A DNA stretch of 64,000 nucleotides from Emergencia sp. (GTDB taxonomy: Bacteria; Bacillota; Clostridia; Peptostreptococcales; Anaerovoracaceae), in assembly GCA_045638885.1 (NCBI GenBank), contig JAZUBY010000067.1, positions 663 to 64,662 of the forward strand. Reading direction: 5' to 3'. A program made the translations under genes and the position numbers. The notes below the pieces were generated by a model. The model did not search any database. It worked only from the letters and a program-made list of their open reading frames with translations, and was not told where the DNA came from. Positions 22,691-33,727 of the stretch are shown here, in pieces. The first letter of the stretch is position 1, and the number at the start of each line of letters is the position of its first letter.

Positions 22691-23546
22691 TGATTCTTAC
22701 CTCCGGCTCCAGTTTTACGCCAAACTTGTCATATACTGTATTCTGCACCAGATGCATCAAATCGATAATATCTGTTGCAGTTGCACCCCCGATATTAATT
22801 ACAAAGCCGCTGTGCAATTCAGATACCTGCGCACCGCCTACAGTCAGCCCTTTCAGGCCTGCATCCTGTACCAGCTTTCCTGCAAAATATCCGGTCGGTC
22901 TCTTGAAGAAGCTGCCTGCACTTGGGTACTGTACCGGCTGCTTTTCGTTTCTTCTCTTCATCAGTTCCTGCATCTTTGCTGAGATTTCCTCCGGATTTCC
23001 CTTTGGCATCTTCAACTTTACGGAAACTGCTACGTCTCCGGTTTCTTCTAAAACGCTGTGGCGGTAGGAGAAGTCCATGTCTTCACCCTTTACGCGTTTT
23101 ACTTCTGCACCATCTTTGGTCACGATGTCCACGTATTCCACAACATCTTTCATTTCTCCGTCATAAGCGCCTGCATTCATGAAAACTGCACCGCCTAAAC
23201 TTCCCGGGATACCGGACAGTGGCTCAAATCCAGTCATGCTTTCTCTTAGCGCAATCTTTGCCACCACACTCATCAGAGCCGCCGTACCACATACCAGTCC
23301 GTCTTCCTCTACCTCTACGTTAGCAAAGCTGTCACCCAGTTTTACCACCAGACCATCAAAGCCTTTGTCACTAATCAGCGTATTGGAGCCGTTGCCCAGC
23401 ATGAGCCATTTCTTCTCTTCTCTGTGAATATCCTTTAATACAGTCTGCAGTTCCTCCACAGACTCTACGATTACCATTTCTCGTGCACATCCGCCAGCTT
23501 TAAAAGAAGTGTATTGACGCATATCCACGTTTTCGAATCTCTTCAT
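22680..23546 (-). CDS. murB: UDP-N-acetylmuramate dehydrogenase MurB
   Basis: GNGSNTL, GIPGSLGGAVFMNAGAY, SAGSFFKRP, LEPEV. Confidence 0.96.
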   Translation of the reverse strand: MKRFENVDMRQYTSFKAGGCAREMVIVESVEELQTVLKDIHREEKKWLMLGNGSNTLISDKGFDGLVVKLGDSFANVEVEEDGLVCGTAALMSVVAKIALRESMTGFEPLSGIPGSLGGAVFMNAGAYDGEMKDVVEYVDIVTKDGAEVKRVKGEDMDFSYRHSVLEETGDVAVSVKLKMPKGNPEEISAKMQELMKRRNEKQPVQYPSAGSFFKRPTGYFAGKLVQDAGLKGLTVGGAQVSELHSGFVINIGGATATDIIDLMHLVQNTVYDKFGVKLEPEVRIIGE

Positions 23547-24782
23547 TTACAGTACATCCTTCCTGTTAATATCATATTTGTTAAATTCCATGTATTCTTC
23601 AGTATCTTCTGCCATATTCTTTCTCTTCAGTTTCTTTCTGAGAAGCTTACCTGCATAATAGTAGATTACCGCAAAGGTTGGTACCCCAAGAATCATTCCA
23701 GGGAAGCCAAACAGCCCGCCGCCAACCAGGATTGCGAACATTACCCAAAAGCTTGCCAGTCCACTGGTTTCGCCCAGAATCTTTGGTCCTAAGATATTCC
23801 CGTCAAACTGCTGCAGACCAAAGATCAAAAGAACAAAGTACAGCGCCTGAATCGGGCTTTCCAGTAAAATAATCAAAGTACCCGGGATAGCACCAATGAA
23901 TGGTCCGAAGAACGGTACAATGTTGGTAATGCCTACAATAGTGCTGACCAGCACAGTATATGGCAAACCGATAATCTTCATCAAAATGAAGCAAAGTACA
24001 CCGATGATTGCAGAGTCAATAATCTTACCATTGATAAATCCGCCAAACTGCATATTACTGTAATTCGCCAGTTCAAAGAGATCATCAGCTTTTTCTTTGC
24101 TGCAAAGTGCCATGATTGTCTTTTTTGCTTGTGCCTTAAATTTCTCTTTACTGTTCAAGAAATATACACTGACAATGACACCAATTAATATGTTCATAAC
24201 TGTTTTCAGAGTTACCCAAACACCTAAGAAAGTCTTTGACATGTAGTCGCCCAATCTTGGCAACAGCGTATTTTCAGCCCAGTCTATAAAGGAACTTGTC
24301 GCATGATTAATCAAAGTTTCAACAGCAGCTGCCATTTCAGGATTATTTTGATTGACAGACAGGCCCATGAACCAGTCTATCAGCGCGCTTACTCTTTCAG
24401 GCATCGTCTGAACCAAACCAGTAATACTGCGAACAGTTTCCGGTAAAATCAGCGCAAACAAACCGCCAATCACACCAAAAAGCACTAACAATGACACGAT
24501 TGTAGCCATGATGCGGGCATATCGCAGGGCTCCTTTTCTGGTTCTCCATCTGTCTTTCGTCAATCCATACATTCTTCTAACGATTCCGTTATAAACCGGA
24601 CAAAGAAGATAGGCGATGACCAGTCCATAGACAAAAGGCGATACGATGGTATACAACGTATTCCATCCGGTTCCTACAGAACTCCAATTGTTGACAGCTT
24701 CAAAAAGCAGAATCAAAAATGTTCCTGCAATAAAAACTGTCAATCCAAATTTAAAATATGTGCTTCGAAATAATTCTTTCAA
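23547..24782 (-). CDS. AI-2E family transporter
   Basis: IAYLLCP, NIVPFFGPFIG, QQFDGNILGPKILG; TTG start at 24782 behind AGAGGTG inferred. Confidence 0.9.
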   Translation of the reverse strand: MKELFRSTYFKFGLTVFIAGTFLILLFEAVNNWSSVGTGWNTLYTIVSPFVYGLVIAYLLCPVYNGIVRRMYGLTKDRWRTRKGALRYARIMATIVSLLVLFGVIGGLFALILPETVRSITGLVQTMPERVSALIDWFMGLSVNQNNPEMAAAVETLINHATSSFIDWAENTLLPRLGDYMSKTFLGVWVTLKTVMNILIGVIVSVYFLNSKEKFKAQAKKTIMALCSKEKADDLFELANYSNMQFGGFINGKIIDSAIIGVLCFILMKIIGLPYTVLVSTIVGITNIVPFFGPFIGAIPGTLIILLESPIQALYFVLLIFGLQQFDGNILGPKILGETSGLASFWVMFAILVGGGLFGFPGMILGVPTFAVIYYYAGKLLRKKLKRKNMAEDTEEYMEFNKYDINRKDVL

Positions 24783-24925
24783 TTTGACACCTCTATATAA
24801 ATATTTAATAATTCTACTCTCCCACATTTATACTACCACAAAGCATCACTTTTTACCACGATAAAAATTCCACTTTTGGTAAGACTGTGGTACAATATAT
24901 AGCATAAAAATCCAGGAGGACACTT

Positions 24926-25483
24926 ATGAAAATTTTAGTTATTAGTGACACCCACGGTCATTTAGATAAAGTTTATGAAGTTTTTGAAAAGCAGGTAGGA
25001 ATTGACCTAATCATCCATTGCGGCGACTACCAGCGAGACGCCTACGAGTTGGAAGATACACTGGGCATTCCGGTTGTTTCCGTAAAAGGCAACTGCGACC
25101 GTTGCCATGAGGCAGACAGGGCTTTTGTGGATACACCATACGGCAGAATCATGGTCACCCACGGTCATATGGAAAATTGTGACTTCGGCATTACCAAGCT
25201 GCTCTACGCAGCAGAAGAAAATGACTGTGTCGCAGTCTGCTTCGGTCATACTCACGTACCGATGCACGAAGATTTTGACGGCATTCATGTAGTTAATCCC
25301 GGTAGCCTGCCAAAGCCAAGAGACGGCTCCAACGGATCCTACGCCATCATTCGCAGCACAGAGGATGATTTCTATGCGAACATCATCTACTACGATACTG
25401 TTTGCGGTACGAAGAAAAAGCAGGAAAAGAAAGTCAAGGGCGGCATGCTGAGAGACATGCTGAATTACAGTGACAGATTTTAG
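24926..25483 (+). CDS. YfcE-like metallophosphoesterase
   Basis: SDTHG, HCGD, GNCD, THGH, FGHTH, NPGS. Confidence 0.92.
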   Translation: MKILVISDTHGHLDKVYEVFEKQVGIDLIIHCGDYQRDAYELEDTLGIPVVSVKGNCDRCHEADRAFVDTPYGRIMVTHGHMENCDFGITKLLYAAEENDCVAVCFGHTHVPMHEDFDGIHVVNPGSLPKPRDGSNGSYAIIRSTEDDFYANIIYYDTVCGTKKKQEKKVKGGMLRDMLNYSDRF

Positions 25484-25489
25484 AACATG

Positions 25490-25518
25490 AAAAAGACCTC
25501 GATTATTTCGAGGTCTTT
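25490..25518. terminator. bidirectional terminator
   Basis: AAAGACCTCGA-ttatt-TCGAGGTCTTT between convergent genes. Confidence 0.8.
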
Positions 25519-25528
25519 CATTCTTTCT

Positions 25529-26833
25529 CTATTTTCCCATATGATAATAACTCATCATCTCTTCTTCCGGTACCATGCTGCCGCCGGTAGCCCAAAGAAT
25601 ATGGGTTGCATTCTTTAATTTATCTTTTAATCCATTCTTGATTAAGTATCCTTCTGCGCTCAACACATGCTGTGGACCAGTGAATCCTGCGCATGCGGAT
25701 GGCTCGATAAAGATATCTTCTGTGTCAGCCAGCTCAGCTAAGAACGGATACAGCTTGTCGTCCTCAATTGTGAAACATCCATCCAGCATAGTTTCCATGA
25801 TGCTGCCTACCAGTCTGGAAGCACGTCCAACTGCAAGTCCGTCTGCCGCTGTCTTACCGTCCAGGCCAATATCAGATACTGCAATCTGATCATGTAATCC
25901 GGTCATCAGTCCCAAAGTCATACATGGCGCGTGAGTCGGTTCTGCAAAGAAGATGTGAACGTGTTCACCAAACATCTGCTTCAGACCAAATGCAACACCG
26001 CCAGGTGCACCGCCTACGCCGCAAGGAATATATACAAACACAGGATTTTCTTCATCACAAGTGATCAGCTGACGCTTAAACTGCTCTGCAATACGCTTTG
26101 CAGCAACAGAATATCCTAAGAATAAATCACTGGAGCCTTCGTCATCGACGAAATGACACATTGGATCATTTGCCGCTTCTTTTCTGCCTTCCGCAACTGC
26201 CTTTTGGTAGTCATCCGGATATTCCACCACGATGGCACCTTTCTGGCGCAGCAAATCTTTCTTCCACTGTCTCGCATCTGCAGACATATGTACAGTTACC
26301 TTGAATCCCAGCTTTGCACTGATAATACCGATAGACAGTCCCAGGTTCCCTGTAGATCCTACTGCTACAGAATATTCGCTGAAGACCTGCTTAAATCTAT
26401 CTTCTGCCAAAATTGCATAGTCGTCTTCTAAAGTCAGCATCCCTCTTTCCATGGCGATTTTTTCTGCCAGTTTCAGCACTTCATAAATCCCGCCGCGGGC
26501 TTTAATGGAGCCGGATACGGCCAAGTGGCTATCACATTTCAGGAACAGTCTTCCCGGAATTTCAAATCCGTAATCAGCTTCCAGCTGCTTCTTCATCTTT
26601 GTAATTTCAGCCAGAGGTGATTCGATGATGCCATTTGTTTCTACAGTATCAGGAAACGCAGCCATAAGATATGGTGCAAATCGAGCCAGTCTTGCCTCCG
26701 CCTCTTCAATATCTTCCATGCCGAATGGAATGTCAGCTTCTGCACCCAGCTTTTCATTCAGCCAGAGGATTTCCTTGCAGTCTGCCATGCTCTGTACAGC
26801 AGGATACTCTACCATTAATTTATCAATATCCAT
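25529..26833 (-). CDS. dsdA: D-serine ammonia-lyase
   Basis: SGSIKARGG (PLP Lys), [27 protein letters not shown]. Confidence 0.93.
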   Translation of the reverse strand: MDIDKLMVEYPAVQSMADCKEILWLNEKLGAEADIPFGMEDIEEAEARLARFAPYLMAAFPDTVETNGIIESPLAEITKMKKQLEADYGFEIPGRLFLKCDSHLAVSGSIKARGGIYEVLKLAEKIAMERGMLTLEDDYAILAEDRFKQVFSEYSVAVGSTGNLGLSIGIISAKLGFKVTVHMSADARQWKKDLLRQKGAIVVEYPDDYQKAVAEGRKEAANDPMCHFVDDEGSSDLFLGYSVAAKRIAEQFKRQLITCDEENPVFVYIPCGVGGAPGGVAFGLKQMFGEHVHIFFAEPTHAPCMTLGLMTGLHDQIAVSDIGLDGKTAADGLAVGRASRLVGSIMETMLDGCFTIEDDKLYPFLAELADTEDIFIEPSACAGFTGPQHVLSAEGYLIKNGLKDKLKNATHILWATGGSMVPEEEMMSYYHMGK

Positions 26834-26916
26834 GGGTGTTCTTCCTCCTCATTATTACAATCTTATCGCAAGTTTCTCCTCTAAATTTTACACGAAAGAC
26901 TGTCTCCACGCAAGAC

Positions 26917-27969
26917 TTAGCCTTCTATTCTATAAGCCAGCTTTCTCGTTTTTTCGTCAAGATTGTCTACTGTCAGAATAGATTTTGGATCGTTAGCCGT
27001 CTCTACAATCGCAAAATTCCCTGGTAAAATAAAGTTTTTATTAAAGTTCATCGCCCCAATAACCTGTTCCGCCACGATATCTCCACCGCTATATCCAGAC
27101 ACGACCAGCGCATAAACTTCCTTTTTTGAAAAATCATGCACACGGAAAACGGAAGTCAGTCTGTTAATAAAAGCGGTAATATTGGCACTGACTGCATCGT
27201 TATAATTTGGACAAATCAGGACCAACACGTCACAGTCTATAATAGCGGGATAAACTTTTTCCGTCATCACACCGCCGTAGAAACAACCTCCCTGTTCACC
27301 AAAATGAAGACAAGTTTCGTATTTACAGCCTCTGCAGTCCTGCATACTGCCGTTTCGCAAGGAGATTTCTTCAATATCATGTTCTCTTGTAAATCCTGCC
27401 TTTACTTTCTCCCAAAGAAGCAGACTATTTGAGGTTTTTCTGCTGCTGGCATGAATGACCAGGATTCTCTTTCGATCTTTTTTCTCCCGTCCGACAAAGA
27501 AAGTCAGCTTGTTTACCAGATTTTCCACCTGCTTTTCATAAGCACCCAACGCATCTGTCTCCAGGAGTTTGCTCATCACATCAAAATTACGAAGAGAACC
27601 GGTAGCTTCTACTAAAGGTTTTCCAGGAAAAGTGCACCCTGCACGGTTAGCCGAAAAGACCAGACGGCGGGCCAATGCTTTGGTATACAGTTCCCCACTG
27701 CCGTCTACAACAACTGCACCGACTGCACCTTCAAGACATCCTGCGTCTCTGCGGAAGTATTCCAGCATACGATAGTATTCCAAATTAACGCCTGCTTCTG
27801 ACAAACAGACTGCAAAGAGCAGTTTTCTTCCCCGCAAGTCGCGTTTTTCCAGCTCTTCTGCTGTGAGAATATATTCAACATTTCTGCCATGAAGAACCTT
27901 TGACAGTACCTGATCCATACGGCTTTCTCGTTTAAATTCTTTGCAAAATGGTTTAATAACCGTTAACAT
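26917..27969 (-). CDS. tandem flavodoxin-fold protein with Fe-S flavoprotein Cys motif
   Basis: HASSRKTSNS FMN loop, DCRGCKYETC...GGC, ICPNYND, GYSGG. Confidence 0.75.
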   Translation of the reverse strand: MLTVIKPFCKEFKRESRMDQVLSKVLHGRNVEYILTAEELEKRDLRGRKLLFAVCLSEAGVNLEYYRMLEYFRRDAGCLEGAVGAVVVDGSGELYTKALARRLVFSANRAGCTFPGKPLVEATGSLRNFDVMSKLLETDALGAYEKQVENLVNKLTFFVGREKKDRKRILVIHASSRKTSNSLLLWEKVKAGFTREHDIEEISLRNGSMQDCRGCKYETCLHFGEQGGCFYGGVMTEKVYPAIIDCDVLVLICPNYNDAVSANITAFINRLTSVFRVHDFSKKEVYALVVSGYSGGDIVAEQVIGAMNFNKNFILPGNFAIVETANDPKSILTVDNLDEKTRKLAYRIEG

Positions 27970-27982
27970 TCTATCGCCTTCT

Positions 27983-28954
27983 TTACTTTAAATTGCATAA
28001 ATTGTCATACGCGTTTTTGATGCGTTCATAGAGCGCCTCCGGCAGTTCCAGATTTTCATAAACCGGTCCGCCTTCTGTCATTCGATTTTTGATGCCTAAG
28101 AAAGCCCCCTCTTCACCGTCACCCAGATATAAAGATCCGTAATGCCATTCTCCACGAAGCGTCAATAAAATGGACACTGCTGCTGAAGAAATCGCCGGTG
28201 CAATATATGGCTTATATCCCAGTTCTCTCACCTGCATGTTGGCATTGACCGTCAAATCGGTCAGCTCTTTGGATAACTCATCGTCATAGCTTGCAACACT
28301 GTTAGCGATAATGAGGTCTCCCCCGTGGGGACCAAAAGCACGGCCCTCTTCCAGATAGACTGAAAAACGATCATCTTTTTCCGCATAGTAGGCTGCTCTG
28401 GCATTCATGACACCAAGCCCATAACCCTGCACCTGTGCAGGATGCAGTCCTGATGCCTTTAGAAATGCCTTGCACAAAGGATCCACCGGATCGGATACTA
28501 CTGCCATCAAACCTTGAAAGTTGGACTCCTTTGCTAACGCGCCGTAGTGGGCAATGATTTCACGATTGGCTTCAAGTTGCGCCATACGAACATCCCCTTT
28601 CACACCGATTGGAGGAATGCCCTTGCTGGCACAGAAAACCAGCACATCACAATCAAAAAGTTCTGCTTCTTCTACGGGATAAACCTTTGGCAGATCTGTC
28701 AGGCCAAAGGGATAGCGAATCTGGTTCATTTCCTGTTCCAGTCTCTCTACATTAGCCTTATTGATATCGCAGATGCCAAGGCTGTCGATGACATCACCAC
28801 CAAGAAGCTTCAGTCCCAGCAGCACGGTCATGCCCACATCGCCTAACGCCAATACGTGAACACGATGCTTTTGATTTAATTTTACAGGGCAGCGGTCCAG
28901 GGCAATCGCCTGCTGCACCCCTGCCTCTTTCCATAATTCGTCAATTCTTCTCAT
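27983..28954 (-). CDS. divergent lactate/malate dehydrogenase family protein
   Basis: LALGDVG Rossmann loop, RMAQLEAN, VSDPVD, GVMNARA, FGPHG. Confidence 0.8.
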   Translation of the reverse strand: MRRIDELWKEAGVQQAIALDRCPVKLNQKHRVHVLALGDVGMTVLLGLKLLGGDVIDSLGICDINKANVERLEQEMNQIRYPFGLTDLPKVYPVEEAELFDCDVLVFCASKGIPPIGVKGDVRMAQLEANREIIAHYGALAKESNFQGLMAVVSDPVDPLCKAFLKASGLHPAQVQGYGLGVMNARAAYYAEKDDRFSVYLEEGRAFGPHGGDLIIANSVASYDDELSKELTDLTVNANMQVRELGYKPYIAPAISSAAVSILLTLRGEWHYGSLYLGDGEEGAFLGIKNRMTEGGPVYENLELPEALYERIKNAYDNLCNLK

Positions 28955-28963
28955 ATGTTATTC

Positions 28964-31900
28964 CTATATTTTCTTCAGTCTGTAAAGCTGCTCAATGGCA
29001 TTTTCTACAAAGACAGATGGAGCCAAAGTTTCATCGTATGCCACGCCCAGACCATTGTCTGGGATTCTTGGAGTCGAAATGACTTCGCCCAAACGCTTCA
29101 ATGTCAGCTTTTTCTCAAATGTCACCTGATATTCCTTTTCCAGCACTTTCAAGATATCTCTGGCATTTTCCAGACAGGCCATGGAGTATTTGTAAGCAGA
29201 GTCCATGCCGTTTTTGTTGATGAATACCGGTGTTGTATATGGCAATACCAGATTAATGCCGGCATTATCTTCCTTGTCAATGCTGTCACCGCCGATAAAC
29301 GGATAACAGTCTCGCTCATTGAGCCAGAATTCCAGATTTGGCAGGAAGTACGCACTTTCTACATCTCTGTTTTTCACTGCCATCAGATCTCTGCCGTTAC
29401 CAGTCAGAACTCCCACGATGATTTCTTTTACATCCACCTGATTTTCCTTCAGAATCGGGTCTACGATATTCATACGGTGTCCTTTATGAAGCAGGTCATC
29501 GATAAGAATAACCGGGCGATTGAAAGCTTTCAGCGTCTTCGCCTGATTGCTCAGTGCAGAATAGTGCTTAGATTCTGCAATATCAAAAGCGCCAATATGA
29601 TGGTCGTAATATTTTTCTGTGTGCAGAGCCTTTGTCACCGTATTCGGCACAACCACATCTGCCAGCGCTTTGCCAAACGGCACGGACATGTATGGGCCAC
29701 GCACATTGTTCTTATCAGGCTCTGTAGAAACGCCATTAATCTGCGCCACTTTATTGATGATTTTGTTGTGGACCACATTCACAAAGAAGGATAAGATAAT
29801 CTGCCCCTGATAAATGTCAGTCAGCACACGAACCAATTTGTCGTGGGCCTCACTAATCGCCTTCTGCACTTCCGGATTCTTGTTCAACGGATTCTTAATG
29901 ACCGTTTCTACATCGCGGAAAATCATAATCGGAGACTTCATGTCGACTGCATAAACAGGTTCTTTGCCTTCTCCTGCAATATTCACAAATCCATGTTTCT
30001 GCAGTACGTCAATAATCTTTGCATCCATGCCCGCAGGATCAGCCGGATGATATACAGCATAAGTAAAGTCTCGTGCAATGAGTTCTGTCAGGATTTCCGT
30101 CAACGTAATCTGATGCATGCCGGAAATGGTTCTGCCTTTTCCTGCAAATAGCATACCAATGACAGCAACACTGCCCGATGCCTGTTTACGTATATAGGAT
30201 GCAATCTCTGCATCATCAAATTCCTGCAACAGCTGTCCTGTTTCCACGCGATGTGCAGCCGCAAAGGACGCCATCTTCTTCTGACGGGTTCCTGTTTCCG
30301 TATATAAAGTACGGACTTTTGGATTCTCTAAATAAGCTTCGACCTTAGCAAAATCATAGCCGCGGGCTGTCACTTCTTCTTTGATTGGTTCCAGGCAATC
30401 AGCGCTACGGTATTGATAGCTGCTGATATGAATTTCTCTGGCCTGCATCACATGCTTATATGCAGGTGCACGCATGTACAGGTTTCGATCGTAAATATAA
30501 CCTTGGGCAACCGGATCGATTAAGTTAGAAATGTCACGATTCAGGTCGATATTTTCTCTGATTCTGGTGGAACTAATATCCTCATAGTATTTCTTTAACG
30601 TCAGATTGATGACATCTGCTTCAATTGGATATCGCTTTTCATCAGGATTTGCCTCTCTCTGTTCGTTGGATTCACGGGCAAAGACCACATGATTCACCGT
30701 GTGGATAGAGTGTTCCTCCGGTACTGCCTTATAGCAGGAGGCGTTTCGGATTACGTCGGATCCTACAGCAATATAGAGTTCTTTCCCTTCAAAGGTTTCC
30801 TTCAGCATTTTAATATCAGCCGGATTTGCAATGTTAACAGGACGGTCTTCCGGGAAGATGTAAATGTCCTCTTCATCGGCAACAGACATGGCCATAATGC
30901 GTCGGCGCTGTAGTCTCGGCTGGGTCTTCTTGGACCAGGAGAACTCGTCCAGTGCCAGATACACCTCAAATCCCATGTCACGGATGGTTGTTGCAACGGC
31001 TTTGTGACCTAAGCTGAATGGGTCAAAGGTGCCAGGATAAAATGCTGCTTTTTTCTTTTCTTCAAATACAAAGGCTCCGCATTCCGCCTGGTACTGGCAG
31101 ATATAGCGGTATAGATTATTTAATACTGCTGCATTGTTGTAGAAGTTCAGATCGTTTTCTTTCTTATCAAAAAGCAGCGTCATCATCTTCTTGTAACATC
31201 GAACAAAGAGCTTCGTCTTTTCTTCCATGGATAAAATGGAACTGTTAAAGAAATGAGTTCCCAACGTCCAGAAGGCTTCCTGTTCACACACTTTGTTATA
31301 GCCTGCGAAGGCTTTCAGTAGCATGTTCAGAATGCGGAAATGACGGGCCTGATAAGCTTCTTCCGTCTCGTCGAATCTTCCTTTGTAAGATGGGTAGTGC
31401 TCCAGCATCACACCTAAGGTGCTGATTGCAGAACACGCTGCCGTCTCGTTATCAGATGTCATGATTTTTTCCAATTCGTCGATGGACTCTTCCATCACGG
31501 CAGGTGACAGATAAAGCATGATGATGCCCAGGTAATCCGGTACGTATTTGGAAAACTGGTAGTCTCCCAGTTCCAGTCCATTTACCAGTTCCACTGTAAT
31601 TTCGTTACGCTGTTCTTCTGCCATCTTTTCGATAATAGAAAGAAGCCCCTCTCCTGCGGCCTTACGAACTGTGACCGTTTCGCTCACTTTGAGCAGGTTG
31701 GCTAAATGGGTACCCACATGAAGCAGTTTTCCATGATCGTTATCGCCGGTGACATAACGCAACATAAAGGAAATATTCGTTACTTTCTGAATCCAAGGTG
31801 TACCAGTCTTCAGATTGTCCAAAAACATGGACGCCAGATTCTGGTCAAAGGTCTCATCAGAAATCCCCATGATGCCGCGCAAATCACGATCATACTGTCC

Positions 31901-33727
31901 ATCGTCATAATCATCGAAATAGATGCGGGATGCACCCAGCACAGCAATATCCACATCACTGGAAAATCTTCCATAAGCATGACGCAGGAAATCCTGCAGA
32001 GCCTTAACAAATGCACCCGTACATGACTCTGGATCTAAGACCATGGCTGCATCCAGCAGCATCATCACCTGTCTTGCAGACAGATCTCTGTCTTCGTAGT
32101 ATTTCTGTAAAATATCAAAATAGTTATGTCTGCAGGACACTTTGCAGTGGCTTACTACCGTCTTTGCAAAAGTGTCTAAAATGCTTCCAATCCACTTTTT
32201 ATGCTGTTCTGTAAACTTATAGTTTGGATTGATAATTTCTTCTAAATATTCGTCAAAAAGTGTCAGGTTGCTGACCAGTCTGTCTGGTAAATTGATGTCT
32301 GTCGGCACTTCTTTCTTGTATTCTTCACTGAAAGTTGCAACCATACGTCCCATAATCATGGCCGCCTGAACACGAATGTCACTTTCTTTGTGAGACAGTA
32401 GTTCATAGAGGAACTTCATAGTAAGCAGCTTCTGCTTTTCTGTCATGTAAGTAGAGTATTCACCAAAAATACTGATATACGTACGCAAATTCATCAGCTC
32501 ATGTTCGCTTCTTGCAGTCTCGATGAGGCTGGCAAATTCGGTATCACTATGGAAACGGCTCATCAGTTTTATGTTATGTTCAATGGCACTGTATTTCAGC
32601 TGGTCTACCACGTCCTGTCCGCCCAGCAGTACCATTTCTCTCTTCACAGGTTCAGGTTTTGTCTTTGACTGTGTTCCTGGATTTACCGGCAGTTCCGTAA
32701 CAACACCCTTTTCCACCATGTAGTCTTCGAAGTCCTTCAGTTTGTCATAGACCTTCTGGTAGCGCAGTCTCTTTGCCTCATCCACGTTGTCCAGCTTGCT
32801 TAAAATCACATCATAAGCGTCAGCCAGAGAGTAGAAATGAACGATTTCCACACCTGCCTGATTTCTACTGCTCTTTACACGAAAATCTGCATAGATTAAC
32901 AACAGGGATTCTACGGACAGGTTTTCCAGTTCCAAATCCCAAGTAGAATGATTCGCCGCAATATGACCGATGACTGGCATATCAAAACGATTAAAGCAAA
33001 GGTCTGTATAATAGTAATGGAGGTACGGAATTCGTCTCTCCTCGTGTTTTCTGCATCCGTATTTCCCGATGTCATGACCTGCTGCCGCACCGGAAATTAA
33101 CGCTAAATCCACTGGCACGCCGGCATCATAAAGCTGTCTTGCCGCATGCATTGCAACATAATGCACCCCCGCCACATGACCCAGTGTATTGAACGGCGTA
33201 ATATCGATGCCAATACGCATAAATTCGTACAGATACAGGGATTTCGACATCTTACGCAGTTTCAAATATTCATTTGTGAAACCGTTTTCTGTTACTTCCG
33301 CCGCAGACAAAAACTGCATATTCTTCGTCGGATCATATGCTAAGTGATTTACCTCATAACGGTAAATGCCATGCAAAATCTGCAGAAGCCACAGTCTGCC
33401 CTCACGGCACTGTTCTCTTGGAGAAAAGGCTTCATTAACCTCTGGAAACAGTCTGGACAGAGTATAACTGTAACAATACTGCAGCCAGCCTTCTTCCGGA
33501 TCTTCTGCCAGAGCAGTGACAGCATCTCTGATGGCAGGCAGAATCTTCGGTGCACTGAATCTACCATCCGCTTCCGCACTCTGCTGAATTAACGCTGCCA
33601 TAGCATGCCATTTCTCCTTATTTATTTCCAATTCCATGTCTTTTCGGCTCATTCCGATTTCTTTTAGGAAAGCGCCGTCTAACATGGCATATTTTATTTC
33701 CTGATATAGTTCCTTATAGGTTCTCAT
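28964..33727 (-). CDS. giant multidomain protein: HD domain, helical repeats, HxGH nucleotidyltransferase, possible GNAT-like region, PRTase-like domain
   Basis: H...GHDIGK...NHS...YAD; FYPGTFDPFSLGH, VGSD, ISSTRIR; ILIDDLLHKG; ATG start at 33727 inferred (track start 33757). Confidence 0.75.
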   Translation of the reverse strand: MRTYKELYQEIKYAMLDGAFLKEIGMSRKDMELEINKEKWHAMAALIQQSAEADGRFSAPKILPAIRDAVTALAEDPEEGWLQYCYSYTLSRLFPEVNEAFSPREQCREGRLWLLQILHGIYRYEVNHLAYDPTKNMQFLSAAEVTENGFTNEYLKLRKMSKSLYLYEFMRIGIDITPFNTLGHVAGVHYVAMHAARQLYDAGVPVDLALISGAAAGHDIGKYGCRKHEERRIPYLHYYYTDLCFNRFDMPVIGHIAANHSTWDLELENLSVESLLLIYADFRVKSSRNQAGVEIVHFYSLADAYDVILSKLDNVDEAKRLRYQKVYDKLKDFEDYMVEKGVVTELPVNPGTQSKTKPEPVKREMVLLGGQDVVDQLKYSAIEHNIKLMSRFHSDTEFASLIETARSEHELMNLRTYISIFGEYSTYMTEKQKLLTMKFLYELLSHKESDIRVQAAMIMGRMVATFSEEYKKEVPTDINLPDRLVSNLTLFDEYLEEIINPNYKFTEQHKKWIGSILDTFAKTVVSHCKVSCRHNYFDILQKYYEDRDLSARQVMMLLDAAMVLDPESCTGAFVKALQDFLRHAYGRFSSDVDIAVLGASRIYFDDYDDGQYDRDLRGIMGISDETFDQNLASMFLDNLKTGTPWIQKVTNISFMLRYVTGDNDHGKLLHVGTHLANLLKVSETVTVRKAAGEGLLSIIEKMAEEQRNEITVELVNGLELGDYQFSKYVPDYLGIIMLYLSPAVMEESIDELEKIMTSDNETAACSAISTLGVMLEHYPSYKGRFDETEEAYQARHFRILNMLLKAFAGYNKVCEQEAFWTLGTHFFNSSILSMEEKTKLFVRCYKKMMTLLFDKKENDLNFYNNAAVLNNLYRYICQYQAECGAFVFEEKKKAAFYPGTFDPFSLGHKAVATTIRDMGFEVYLALDEFSWSKKTQPRLQRRRIMAMSVADEEDIYIFPEDRPVNIANPADIKMLKETFEGKELYIAVGSDVIRNASCYKAVPEEHSIHTVNHVVFARESNEQREANPDEKRYPIEADVINLTLKKYYEDISSTRIRENIDLNRDISNLIDPVAQGYIYDRNLYMRAPAYKHVMQAREIHISSYQYRSADCLEPIKEEVTARGYDFAKVEAYLENPKVRTLYTETGTRQKKMASFAAAHRVETGQLLQEFDDAEIASYIRKQASGSVAVIGMLFAGKGRTISGMHQITLTEILTELIARDFTYAVYHPADPAGMDAKIIDVLQKHGFVNIAGEGKEPVYAVDMKSPIMIFRDVETVIKNPLNKNPEVQKAISEAHDKLVRVLTDIYQGQIILSFFVNVVHNKIINKVAQINGVSTEPDKNNVRGPYMSVPFGKALADVVVPNTVTKALHTEKYYDHHIGAFDIAESKHYSALSNQAKTLKAFNRPVILIDDLLHKGHRMNIVDPILKENQVDVKEIIVGVLTGNGRDLMAVKNRDVESAYFLPNLEFWLNERDCYPFIGGDSIDKEDNAGINLVLPYTTPVFINKNGMDSAYKYSMACLENARDILKVLEKEYQVTFEKKLTLKRLGEVISTPRIPDNGLGVAYDETLAPSVFVENAIEQLYRLKKI

